A stretch of 64,000 nt of DNA from an uncultured Bacteroidaceae bacterium (GCA_964572225.1 CAZNFR010000001.1:10710-74709), one strand, 5' to 3'; shown: positions 9,543-18,389, counted from the first letter of the stretch. Translations and numbers: made by a program. Notes: generated by a model not told the origin, from the sequence alone.

Positions 9543-10752
9543 TTTTAATCACTTTAAGTTCAGACATTAACAATACCAATAGGAAAACTGCCAGGGCCAC
9601 GCTGCTTTCGATGATGAAGAGTCCGTTATAGCCCAGGACATCGGCAATTTTACCGGAGGAAACGGCAATAATAATGCTGCTCAGGTGGGTTATCACAATT
9701 TGAATGGTGAAATCGGTTCCTTCCCGGCCGGGTCTCACCCTTTCCATGGCAAGGGTGTATATGGCGACGGTAGACAGACCGTAGCTTCCCCAGAGCAGGG
9801 CCACGCAGATGAGCAGTAGTGCAAGTCCGGAACCCAGACTGTTCATGAGGGTAAAACTGAATACCGCGATGAGGTTCCCCAGAGAGAAGAGCACCATGGA
9901 TTTTTTGAGTCCGTTCTTACGGATAAGAAACCCGGCGGCAAAAGCACAGAGGGCACCTATGGAAGTGCCGTATATTCCGGCGATCATCCCGATCTTCCCC
10001 GTTTCGAATCCCATATCCACCATCCAGGGTTTCATCATGGCCATCATTCCTATGAGTCCTGAGTAAAACAGCGATAACACCAGTACATGTCCACCCATGC
10101 TTTTTTGCTTGAAGAAGAGAAGAATATCCTTCAATCCGGCTTTTCTGATTTTGTTTCTGTCCCTGAGGGTGGGTTCCTCCGGCTCGTTCTTAAGCGGGTA
10201 GATCATGAGAGGGATGAGGGCCACCAGCACGAAACCTGCAAGTCCTGTAAGAAGGGCGGTCCATCCCAGGTAGTGATAGATAATGAGAAGGATCCCGCTA
10301 CCTACGAGGGTGCCCAGAAAGGTGCCGGCCGACTGCATGCTGTTTCCCATGCTTCTCTCCTTTTTTTTCAGGCTCAGGATGGCAAATGCGTCGGTGCCGA
10401 TGTCCTGAGTGGCGCTGGCCATGAAGGCGATCACCATTAAGATCACGATGGTGGTAAAGGAGGTGCTGAGGTCGAAAAAGGCTATGCTGATAATAATGGC
10501 CGCATAGAAAATTTCGGATGCGAGGATGATGCGGCGGTAGGCTCTTCGACTGGTTCCGGCTTTATCGATGAAAGGGGCCCAGGTGAACTTGATGATCCAT
10601 GGCAGTTTGACCAACTGTAACAGTCCGATGGATGCCAGGGAATAGTTCTCCTGACGCATGATGACAGGCACCACGGTCGAGAAAAAGCTCATCGGGATGG
10701 ACTGGGCCAGGTAGAGGCTGAGAAGGGTACTGTATTTCCGGAAGTTCGCCAT
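9514..10752 (-). CDS. MFS permease, AmpG / RhtX-FptX-like family
   Basis: 412-aa multi-TM ORF. KFTWAPFIDK and ASATQDIGTDA resemble the AmpG signatures KFLWSPLMD and ASQDIVFDA. Its 3' end overlaps the hemN start by 29 nt. Confidence 0.75.
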   Translation of the reverse strand: MANFRKYSTLLSLYLAQSIPMSFFSTVVPVIMRQENYSLASIGLLQLVKLPWIIKFTWAPFIDKAGTSRRAYRRIILASEIFYAAIIISIAFFDLSTSFTTIVILMVIAFMASATQDIGTDAFAILSLKKKERSMGNSMQSAGTFLGTLVGSGILLIIYHYLGWTALLTGLAGFVLVALIPLMIYPLKNEPEEPTLRDRNKIRKAGLKDILLFFKQKSMGGHVLVLSLFYSGLIGMMAMMKPWMVDMGFETGKIGMIAGIYGTSIGALCAFAAGFLIRKNGLKKSMVLFSLGNLIAVFSFTLMNSLGSGLALLLICVALLWGSYGLSTVAIYTLAMERVRPGREGTDFTIQIVITHLSSIIIAVSSGKIADVLGYNGLFIIESSVALAVFLLVLLMSELKVIKNEYTQEVIV

Positions 10753-10758
10753 AGAGAA

Positions 10759-12876
10759 TTATAAATTTACCCGGATGCTGGTACCGATCAGTACCGGTTT
10801 TCCTTTTTGCACATATGAATTTCCGAACGCCCTGAAATAGAAGGAATTATATCCGGAATTCAGGAGATTCTTACCCCAGAGGCTCCATTCCATAAACCGG
10901 TTGCTCACGCTGATATTGGCATTGAGGAGTCTGTAATACTCCTGGAAATCCTGATTATCTTCATGCCAGTAGTGCTTCCCAAATCCGTTATAGCTTACCT
11001 GGAAGAAAAGGGATTCTGCCAGCTTTCTGTTTAGGGGGAGGGTGTAATTTGCACCCGTGTAGAGGGTTAATTTGGGTGCATAAGGGATATGGTTCCCGCT
11101 GTAATCGGTCGTTTCGTTTTTTACGTATTCGTTAAAACGGGCTTCATTATAGCCGAAATTGGCGAAGAGGTTCAGTCTGGAAGAAGGTTTTACGGTTATT
11201 TCGGCCTCAATACCCCGGCTGTAGGATTCCCCGGCGTTCTTGATCATGGAACCCTGTCCGCTGGGAACAGACTGATAGATCTGCTGATGGGTCCAGTCAA
11301 TATAGAAAAAGGCAAGGCTCGCTCTGACTTTGTTGTCGGCAAAGCGGGATTTTACTCCCAGTTCATAATTCCAGCTTGACTCGGGGTCGAAGCTTTCGTC
11401 TTCGGGTCTTTCAAAAGTGGTGTTGAATCCGCCGGTTTTATAACCGCGGGCTATGGTGGCATAGGTATTCAGCCTTGGATTGGCCTGGTATTTCAGTGAG
11501 AATTTAGGAAGGAGAACCAGGGAATTCATTTCCATCAGATAGTTTTTCTCCAGGGTCGTAAGGTTTCCGCCCATGACAAGGTCATAATCGTAAAGTTGTT
11601 TTGCATTTTCATAGTCGAGCCTGATTCCCGCCGTAAGGGTGAGTCCGTCGATAATCACATCCCTGAGTGATGACTGGTGAAAGGCAGCAACACCGGCAAT
11701 GGTATTATCGTAGTTCTTGTACTTGTCAATGCCCGGCGGAATGTTAAATTCAGGAGCATCTTCGCGGTAGAATACATCTACCTCACTGTCGAAGAGCTGG
11801 GCAAAACCGAATAGTCCGAATACATAGCTGTAATTGGATCCGGTAGCGGAGTTCAGGGTAATTTCCTGTGAGAACATATGCTGCAACTGGTCCTGCTGCA
11901 CCACCACTGCTTTCAGGGGGGTGAAATCCTGGTCAATATCCTGGAAACCGTTGAGAAACTGGTAACTGCTGGTTGAATTCAGGGTGAACTTTTCACCAAA
12001 GTATTTAAGGTTCAGGTTGTTCGATAATAGCCAACGGTCGTAGGAACTGGTATGTTCATAGTTTATATCACTGGTTGAAGGGGACCCCGGATCGAGAATG
12101 GCGTAAGGATAGCCTTCCTGAAAACTTTTTTCAATATTCATGCTGTACATGGCCTTGAAGCGTCGGGAGGCATCATGACTGAGCTTTATCCGTCCGGTGT
12201 AGGAGTGCATGGCGTCCACATTTCGGCCGCTGAATTGGTTTTCGAAATTACCTCCGTAATGGAAGGCGGCGGCATTGACCATGAGGGAGGTTTTTTCACC
12301 CAGGGGCTGACTATGTCCGGCCATGGCTTTGAGATAGTTATAATTGGCCCCGGAGAGCTCAAGCCTGGTTTCGGGAACAGCAGAGGGATCGCGGGTATAA
12401 ATGTTGATGATCCCACCCATGGTGTTCCTGCCGAAGAGTGTACCCTGGGGCCCTCTGAGCACCTCCACCCTTTCAATATCGTAAAAATCGAAATCGAATG
12501 CGGCTTTCTCAAAATAAGGTACGTTATCCACATAGAGTCCCACCGAAGGTGAATTGATCCTGGAACCTATGCCTCTGAGGTAAACAGGAGAGGTGAGCCT
12601 CGTTCCGTAATCGGGCATAAAAAGGTTTGGGATAATTCCTGAAAGTCCGGACATGCTTCGGATCTCTTCCTTTTCGAGATTTTGCGTATTGATCACCGAA
12701 ACGGATGCCGGCAGTTCGATAAGATTGTTATCGCGGGGATCCTTGGAGGAGACTACGGTTACCTCGTCGATATCCATTTCGAAGCGACTGCTGTCATTCG
12801 AGACCAGAATGGTTTGTGAAAAGGCCGAAATACCTGAGAACAGGCACAGGGCCAGCGAAATGCTGAGCTTGTACAT
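10759..12876 (-). CDS. TonB-dependent receptor (iron-complex type)
   Basis: Signal peptide, plug region (VTVVSS, VSVINTQ, RGIGSR, VEVLRGPQGTLFGRNTMGGIINIYT) and a long beta-barrel ending in a terminal aromatic-rich strand. Confidence 0.9.
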   Translation of the reverse strand: MYKLSISLALCLFSGISAFSQTILVSNDSSRFEMDIDEVTVVSSKDPRDNNLIELPASVSVINTQNLEKEEIRSMSGLSGIIPNLFMPDYGTRLTSPVYLRGIGSRINSPSVGLYVDNVPYFEKAAFDFDFYDIERVEVLRGPQGTLFGRNTMGGIINIYTRDPSAVPETRLELSGANYNYLKAMAGHSQPLGEKTSLMVNAAAFHYGGNFENQFSGRNVDAMHSYTGRIKLSHDASRRFKAMYSMNIEKSFQEGYPYAILDPGSPSTSDINYEHTSSYDRWLLSNNLNLKYFGEKFTLNSTSSYQFLNGFQDIDQDFTPLKAVVVQQDQLQHMFSQEITLNSATGSNYSYVFGLFGFAQLFDSEVDVFYREDAPEFNIPPGIDKYKNYDNTIAGVAAFHQSSLRDVIIDGLTLTAGIRLDYENAKQLYDYDLVMGGNLTTLEKNYLMEMNSLVLLPKFSLKYQANPRLNTYATIARGYKTGGFNTTFERPEDESFDPESSWNYELGVKSRFADNKVRASLAFFYIDWTHQQIYQSVPSGQGSMIKNAGESYSRGIEAEITVKPSSRLNLFANFGYNEARFNEYVKNETTDYSGNHIPYAPKLTLYTGANYTLPLNRKLAESLFFQVSYNGFGKHYWHEDNQDFQEYYRLLNANISVSNRFMEWSLWGKNLLNSGYNSFYFRAFGNSYVQKGKPVLIGTSIRVNL

Positions 12877-12924
12877 GAAAAAAAATTTGTTGTTGTTAAT
12901 TCGGGGATAAGAACAGGAGATAGC

Positions 12925-13290
12925 TCAGCAAGCCGGGGGTGGACGGGAATAGAGGTAATGAAAATGAGAATCCTTCGAAGGGATGACTATTTCGTGGAAG
13001 GGGCCTATATATGGCGGGATTGCCCCCGGTGGATAGAAGACCTTTTTTGGAAGTTCGCCTGAAAGGTCTGTATCATTGGTCAGATCATAATAATCTTCAA
13101 AATTCACAGTATTCGACAGCTCATCGTAATCTGTGTTCGCATCCTCGTTTATTACTCTGGGTGCGGGATCTTCCTGTGTGTTTTGATTTTTGGAGAAATA
13201 GGGTTGGGCCAGGGAAAAAAGAAGGTACAGGAGGTAGATTCCTCCCGCAAGAAGATATGGAATAAGGCTTGAAAAAATTCCCAGAAACAT
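12925..13290 (-). CDS. hypothetical membrane-anchored protein with acidic, Pro-rich tail
   Basis: 121-aa ORF with one N-terminal TM helix, then a D/E/N-rich segment and a PP-rich C-terminus. Abuts the upstream gene with no gap. No family recognised. Confidence 0.45.
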   Translation of the reverse strand: MFLGIFSSLIPYLLAGGIYLLYLLFSLAQPYFSKNQNTQEDPAPRVINEDANTDYDELSNTVNFEDYYDLTNDTDLSGELPKKVFYPPGAIPPYIGPFHEIVIPSKDSHFHYLYSRPPPAC

Positions 13291-13626
13291 CTAATTATCT
13301 CCTTTATATTTTCTTTTCGGGTTTGCAGGAAACCATCCTTTTTCAACCCTTTCTTCCTGTTCAATGATCTCGTGAATGCCCCACAAAAGGGTCAGTCCGA
13401 AAATACTGATCACCGATCCCAGGATCAGGTTATTGATCAGCAGAGCCGCCAGGAGGGATGCTATTCCCACAACCAGGAAAGCAATCCACAGTTTTTTGCT
13501 AAAATGATACTCACCGGAGATGCAGGCGTACCTGCCAAAAATTATGATCAGGAAGCTGGCAGCCCCAACGATGAGTCCTGACAGATTCATTTCCACTCCT
13601 GCGATTTTCAACAGTATATCAGTCAT
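13291..13626 (-). CDS. small integral membrane protein, DUF4491-like (paralog 2)
   Basis: Three predicted TM segments. Shares EYH..KK.W, W...E...Q.ERV.KG and NPKR.Y with the neighbouring ORF. The start may be the internal MNLSG (13590). Confidence 0.6.
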   Translation of the reverse strand: MTDILLKIAGVEMNLSGLIVGAASFLIIIFGRYACISGEYHFSKKLWIAFLVVGIASLLAALLINNLILGSVISIFGLTLLWGIHEIIEQEERVEKGWFPANPKRKYKGDN

Positions 13627-13924
13627 AACTCCTTTTCGGATTTCTTTTTGCCTGTCCTTTTTTCACTCTTTCATGCTGAAGGAAAACTTCAACTGTGGTC
13701 CACATTAAACCAAAGCCTACAATACCGAGAATGAGAGACAGGTAGGATCTCACAAACAGGGAAGAAGCGATCAGGATGAGTCCGGGTACAAAAACCACCC
13801 ACCAGAATTTTTTCCCCAGGTGGTACTCAAATTTTACCACTACAGGATGAAAAAGTCCAATCGTCACAAACGCAACCACACCGATCAATAAGGCTTCAAA
13901 ATTCATATTTGTGAAATCGTTCAC
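13619..13924 (-). CDS. small integral membrane protein, DUF4491-like (paralog 1)
   Basis: 101-aa ORF from GTG 13924. ATG at 13906 (MNFEALL) is the likelier start. Paralogous to 13291..13626. The family name is from memory and was not searched. Confidence 0.6.
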   Translation of the reverse strand: MNDFTNMNFEALLIGVVAFVTIGLFHPVVVKFEYHLGKKFWWVVFVPGLILIASSLFVRSYLSLILGIVGFGLMWTTVEVFLQHERVKKGQAKRNPKRSYD

Positions 13925-14115
13925 AAGTTTAATGAATAATCGGGGTTATCGTGAGTATTATCCGGGATAGATTTCTTATTTATATTGAATATAAAGATGT
14001 AAATACTCCGGGAAGGCCAGATTCTATAATCTGTCTACCAGATAGTTAAATCACATTCTCAAAAGAGGCTTCAAAACCGGCCGGTTTCAGGGTATAAAAA
14101 TCCGGACTAAGTTTT

Positions 14116-14123
14116 TACATTTG
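14116..14123 (+). promoter_or_regulatory. Bacteroidota -7-type box TACATTTG (TAnnTTTG)
   Basis: Exact consensus match about 100 nt upstream of the ATG at 14225. Confidence 0.3.
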
Positions 14124-14224
14124 GGTAACTAAACACTATCCTGGATTAATCTCGTCTGTTTTTCCGGATCAGCCGGAATTGAAAACCCAGGCTGGGGTTC
14201 GTCCACCCATAAAAAAGTACTGTC

Positions 14225-15298
14225 ATGAAAACAATTTCCACCCTCCTCGTTTTGGTATTTTTACTTTTTTCCTGTTCCACGGATCGGACCCCTCTTTCAG
14301 ATTCCGGTTCCAGGTGGTCGAAAGAGAGAGCCCTTGAATGGCAGCAGGCACATGGCTGGCTTGCCGGATGCAATTTTACCCCAAGCACGGCCATTAATCA
14401 GCTGGAATTCTGGCAGGCGGAGACCTTTGATCCGGAGACCATTGACCGCGAACTGGGTTGGGCTGCCGATATTGGTTTTGGGATTGTCCGGGTATACCTC
14501 CACGACTTATTATGGGAACCTGATTCCGCTGCTTTTCTTTCAAGGGTTGATGAATCCCTTGGAATTGCCGAAAGGCACAACATCAAAGTCATGTTGGTTC
14601 TCTTTGACGACTGTCATTATGGGAATCCGCAAAGGGGAAGGCAACCGGATCCGGTTCCCGGACTGCATAATTCCGGCTGGCTCCAAAGTCCGTCCTATGC
14701 CAGTGTTATGGACAGGAATGAATGGCCCCGTCTTGAGCGTTATGCAAAGGGAGTGCTTGAATATTTCAGGGATGACGAAAGAGTGATTCTCTGGGATTTA
14801 TACAATGAGCCTGCGAACAATCATCATACAGCACAGATACTTCCTCTGGTGAAGGAGGTATTCCGGTGGGCCCGGGAGGTGAATCCTTCCCAGCCCCTTA
14901 CCATTGGATGCTGGAAATGGACGGAGGAAAATCTTCCCATGAACGAACTTTGTCTGGAGAACTCAGATGTAATCTCCTTTCACAATTACAGCAGTTACGA
15001 AAGCATGGCCAAGGATATTGCGCGATACTCCTCTTTTGGCCGGCCTGTGGTATGTTCGGAGTACCTGGCAAGGGGGAACAAAAGTCTGTTTGAGACCCAT
15101 CTTCCCTTAATGAAAGAGCACAATGTGATGGCCATTAACTGGGGACTGGTGGATGGAAAGACGCAAACCAAGTATCCCTGGAACCATCCACTCGGGAAAA
15201 CGGAAATCGAACCCTGGCACCATGAGGTCTTCCATACCGACGGGACTCCCTACCGGGAAGCGGAAACGGAACTAATCAGAGAACTTACCGGAAAGTAA
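14225..15298 (+). CDS. clan GH-A glycoside hydrolase (GH5-like), lipoprotein
   Basis: Lipobox LLFSCS. Acid/base motif LYNEPAN and nucleophile-type VVCSEY in a (beta/alpha)8-like layout. Confidence 0.75.
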   Translation: MKTISTLLVLVFLLFSCSTDRTPLSDSGSRWSKERALEWQQAHGWLAGCNFTPSTAINQLEFWQAETFDPETIDRELGWAADIGFGIVRVYLHDLLWEPDSAAFLSRVDESLGIAERHNIKVMLVLFDDCHYGNPQRGRQPDPVPGLHNSGWLQSPSYASVMDRNEWPRLERYAKGVLEYFRDDERVILWDLYNEPANNHHTAQILPLVKEVFRWAREVNPSQPLTIGCWKWTEENLPMNELCLENSDVISFHNYSSYESMAKDIARYSSFGRPVVCSEYLARGNKSLFETHLPLMKEHNVMAINWGLVDGKTQTKYPWNHPLGKTEIEPWHHEVFHTDGTPYREAETELIRELTGK

Positions 15299-15304
15299 AG
15301 AAGG

Positions 15305-17308
15305 TTATTTAAGACCCTTCAGCAGATAATCCAGAATTGGATCTGTGGGTACAGGTTTAACCAGGGATTTGGTTTTAAATTTGGGTGGCAGGATAAGTTT
15401 ACGCTCGATCAGTTCACGGATCAGATTTAGGTACTTGTAGGATGTTTTGCCCACGAGAAGGTGATTCAGATCGGTTCCCGAATGGTAATAGGAAAGGATG
15501 TCCCTGAAGCCTTTCAGATAAAGGTGGTCTTTGGTAAATCCACCTCCCCGGTAAATACGGGCAGTCATAAAAAATGCCTGGTGTTCGTCCATGATTTTCT
15601 GATCCATCAGAAACTGGAAGGTTCTTGTGAAACTATAGCCTTTCAGCAGCTTTTCTATGGTCAGCACCCTCAGGGCAAGAATTTGCAGGCGTCGAATGCT
15701 AAGATTTCCCGAGAGGTATTCACTCAGGATTGCCAGTCCTTCCTGGGTATGGGTGTTAAGAGGGGTTCCCAGCCTGAAAACCTGAAGGGGCTGGAGTCTG
15801 GAGTTTATGGTAGTCAGCATATGGACCCCTATTTCATGTTCCGACAGGGCGTAAAGACTTTTTTGGGAGAACATGGCATCCTTTCGTATCCGGATGGTCT
15901 TTCTGCTGTTGAGAATAAGGATTTTGGAAATGATCTTCCGGGAAATTTCAATCTTACAGGTAAAACCATAGTCATTCACCACGCTGATAAAATACCTGAG
16001 GACTTCGTTTGGGGTAAGGTTAAAGATCTCGTTCCCGTCGGCCGCCGGACTAAAATGCATGATGTATTCGGCATTGCTGACATCCCGGCTGTCGGGTTCC
16101 CCAAAATACCGGAGGGAGTTATAGAGGAATTTTTCCTTGCCTATGGAGGAAAGGATCTCCACCTTGTCGGCATAGGAATCGATTACATCCTGGTAAAGGA
16201 GACGGATGGAGATATCACTGATATTTTCAACGGGCAGGGCATACAACTTTCGCTTGAACTCGAAAGGATTGATTGACAGTTGTTTATAAATGAATTTCGG
16301 ATCTTTTCCGTATTTGGATTTAAAGAATTCTTTTTTCTCCTGTTCTATATTCTCGGGGTTTACGAAATTGAGGATTTCGAAATTCCGGACCAATTGAAAA
16401 AGTTCTTTGTCGAGTCTTCTCAGGGGGGATTTAAGTTCGGAGGAAAGAAGGAAATTCTTTTTTCTTACGGTCAGATTTGTGTTTTCCCTTGCGAAGAGGG
16501 CCACGGTATTGAGGATGGCGCGTTTGAGTTTCCTTGTAATCTCTTCGATCACAACGGGATAGATTTCCCCATTGGATTCGTTGCAATAGATCTTTTTCAC
16601 CTCAAGGGCCATTACCAGACTGTTTTTGAAGCGGTTGGTAATATGCTCCAGCAGGTATCCTTTCCCCTGGAATACTGCATTTTCCAGGGCGAGGGGCTCG
16701 ATATTGGGCAGGCTGATCCGGCTCAGCTCTTTCAGGAAGAAATCGGTATAGCTTCCGAAGCGTTTTTTATCGATCAGCTCGGTGCCAAGGTTGAAGACGG
16801 GAATATGATTTTCTTTTCGCCGGCGGTAATTAAAGGAATGGACGTCGAAGATAATGGCCGAGGAGAAGCGCGATTCCAATTTCTGTATAAGGGCTTCCAC
16901 TACCTGGTAGAAATCGGCATGTTTTTGAAGACTGATGGCTTTCTCTTCTTCCGGGAGTTCATTTTTCCAGACTTTTTTACCCCAGGCTTCCTCATAGATG
17001 CAATCTTCCGGTCGGCGGTTTAGGTCGTATTCATAGCGGGAGTCCCTTCCGCAGATAACGATGGGGAGATAGGAAATAAAATCGTAGGTATGGGGGTCTT
17101 CTTCCTGCCAGCGTTCAAAATCGTCGAGCTGACATAGATCTTTCAGTATGGGTCTCAGTTCATGTCCGTTGTGGATAGCAAAGCAGGCGAAAGGTACGTA
17201 GTCGTCAATCCGGATATAAAAAGAGCCGTCGCTGGATTCTGCCTCAAAATATTTTTCCTGATTGATCTTCTCGATAATTGCGGAAACGGAGAGGTTAAGC
17301 TTCATCAA
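15305..17308 (-). CDS. fusion protein: N-formylglutamate amidohydrolase (FGase)-like domain plus DUF1704/MATCAP-type QEGLA-motif metallopeptidase domain
   Basis: Residues about 25-270 carry IHNGHELRP, DSRYEYDLNR and IFDVHSF (the FGase/HutG family pattern). Residues about 290-667 carry HEIGVH (15821..15838) and TQEGLA (15731..15745), a gluzincin-like HExxH plus E. Confidence 0.8.
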   Translation of the reverse strand: MMKLNLSVSAIIEKINQEKYFEAESSDGSFYIRIDDYVPFACFAIHNGHELRPILKDLCQLDDFERWQEEDPHTYDFISYLPIVICGRDSRYEYDLNRRPEDCIYEEAWGKKVWKNELPEEEKAISLQKHADFYQVVEALIQKLESRFSSAIIFDVHSFNYRRRKENHIPVFNLGTELIDKKRFGSYTDFFLKELSRISLPNIEPLALENAVFQGKGYLLEHITNRFKNSLVMALEVKKIYCNESNGEIYPVVIEEITRKLKRAILNTVALFARENTNLTVRKKNFLLSSELKSPLRRLDKELFQLVRNFEILNFVNPENIEQEKKEFFKSKYGKDPKFIYKQLSINPFEFKRKLYALPVENISDISIRLLYQDVIDSYADKVEILSSIGKEKFLYNSLRYFGEPDSRDVSNAEYIMHFSPAADGNEIFNLTPNEVLRYFISVVNDYGFTCKIEISRKIISKILILNSRKTIRIRKDAMFSQKSLYALSEHEIGVHMLTTINSRLQPLQVFRLGTPLNTHTQEGLAILSEYLSGNLSIRRLQILALRVLTIEKLLKGYSFTRTFQFLMDQKIMDEHQAFFMTARIYRGGGFTKDHLYLKGFRDILSYYHSGTDLNHLLVGKTSYKYLNLIRELIERKLILPPKFKTKSLVKPVPTDPILDYLLKGLK

Positions 17309-18323
17309 TCAGTTTTTTTAGCTCACGTTTTCTGTGGATGGCGTTTTCTTTGGAAGACACCACATCTTCGATAAAATCGATCACCTGCTTTTGCAGTTTC
17401 ACCCGGTTGAATTTATTGATCTTGGTGATGCCACCCGGACTGATAACATTTATTTCTATCAGTTTGTTGTTGATCAGGTCGATACCCACAAAGTAGAGTC
17501 CGTCGGCCACAAGCTTGGGTCCTATGCGCTCACAGATCGATTTCTCCCTTTTGCTAAGCTGATGTTTCACGGCGGTGGCACCCACCTTGAGGTTTGCCCT
17601 CACATCGTCTGCTCTGGGAACCCGCTTATACGCACCCAGTATCTTTCCATTAAGCATAAGGACGCGGATATCGCCCTGCTCCACACCTTCCACGAACTCC
17701 TGAAGGATTACATAATGGCTTTCAGTTTTACCGGTGATATAGAAATCGAGAAGGGAGCTGATGCTTTGCTTGGCGCTTTTCTCGAGCACGATCACCCCCG
17801 ATCCGCCGAATCCCTGAAGGGGTTTCAATATCATTTTGTCCCTTTCCGAATTTTGGATGATATCCTTCAGGTATTCCTTGTTTTTGGAAACATAGGTTAC
17901 GGGAATAATCTCATTTTCGGGATCATCGAAAGAGGCGGAATAGAGCTTGTTGTTGGCTTTCCGGAGTCCGGTTATATCATTTAAAATAAAGGTGTCATCC
18001 TGAACGCTGTCGAGAAAGTTCAACATAATTGGATCGATGGGGGGGTTGGATCGTATGAATATGGCGTCGAATCCGGAAAGGGGAAAGAACTGTTCGTCGT
18101 ATTTTATTTTGGAGTGGAAAATGTTAAAGTTGGATGAGTATTTCTCCTGTGCTCTTATTTTCTTGACGAATCCGTAGGTCTGACTTTTACGGATGGTGAG
18201 GTTCCCCGGGTACATAAATCCCACGGTATGATCTCTGATCAGGCACTCATGCATGAGCCGGAGTGTGGAGTCATCGTCGGGTTTCAGTTCTTCCCAGGGG
18301 TCGATGATAAAGCAAATATTCAT
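17295..18323 (-). CDS. ATP-grasp ligase, prokaryotic glutathione-synthetase (GshB)-like
   Basis: Collinear with E. coli GshB from memory: IIDPW...DDST, IRSNPPIDP, LRKANNKL, ILKPLQGFGGSG, GDIRVLMLNG, DDVRANL, FVGIDLI..KLIEINVISP. Overlaps the downstream gene by 14 nt. Confidence 0.85.
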   Translation of the reverse strand: MNICFIIDPWEELKPDDDSTLRLMHECLIRDHTVGFMYPGNLTIRKSQTYGFVKKIRAQEKYSSNFNIFHSKIKYDEQFFPLSGFDAIFIRSNPPIDPIMLNFLDSVQDDTFILNDITGLRKANNKLYSASFDDPENEIIPVTYVSKNKEYLKDIIQNSERDKMILKPLQGFGGSGVIVLEKSAKQSISSLLDFYITGKTESHYVILQEFVEGVEQGDIRVLMLNGKILGAYKRVPRADDVRANLKVGATAVKHQLSKREKSICERIGPKLVADGLYFVGIDLINNKLIEINVISPGGITKINKFNRVKLQKQVIDFIEDVVSSKENAIHRKRELKKLIDEA

Positions 18324-18345
18324 AAATTTGGTTGTTTTGTCTTTC

Positions 18346-18353
18346 CAAAGTTA
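18346..18353 (-). promoter_or_regulatory. -7-type box TAACTTTG upstream of the ATP-grasp gene
   Basis: CAAAGTTA on the plus strand, which is TAACTTTG on the minus strand, 22 nt upstream of ATG 18323. Confidence 0.3.
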
Positions 18354-18389
18354 GGTTAAAATAATGGAAACGGAGGATTCCGGAGAGCA

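Noticed and set aside
13925-13990. Possible Fur box (AATGAATAATCGGGGTTATCGTGAGTATTATCC) upstream of the DUF4491-TBDR-heme cluster.
   Set aside because: It contains only loose GATAAT-like half-sites interrupted by a G-rich spacer, with no convincing 19-bp dyad. It is not distinguishable from chance in AT-rich spacer.
14074-14087. 14-bp perfect palindrome AAACCGGCCGGTTT in the divergent intergenic region.
   Set aside because: It is too short, with no loop or T-run for a terminator, and no second copy in the window to suggest a binding-site family.
14191-14210. GGTTCG-containing stretch (gctggggttcgtccaccc) checked as a possible tRNA T-arm. More generally, the intergenic regions were scanned for tRNA, rRNA and riboswitch signatures (TPP upstream of thiL, glycine upstream of gcvH).
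   Set aside because: The flanks do not form a T-stem or acceptor stem. No CTGAGA/ACCTGA TPP core and no other conserved riboswitch cores were seen. The spacers are too short.
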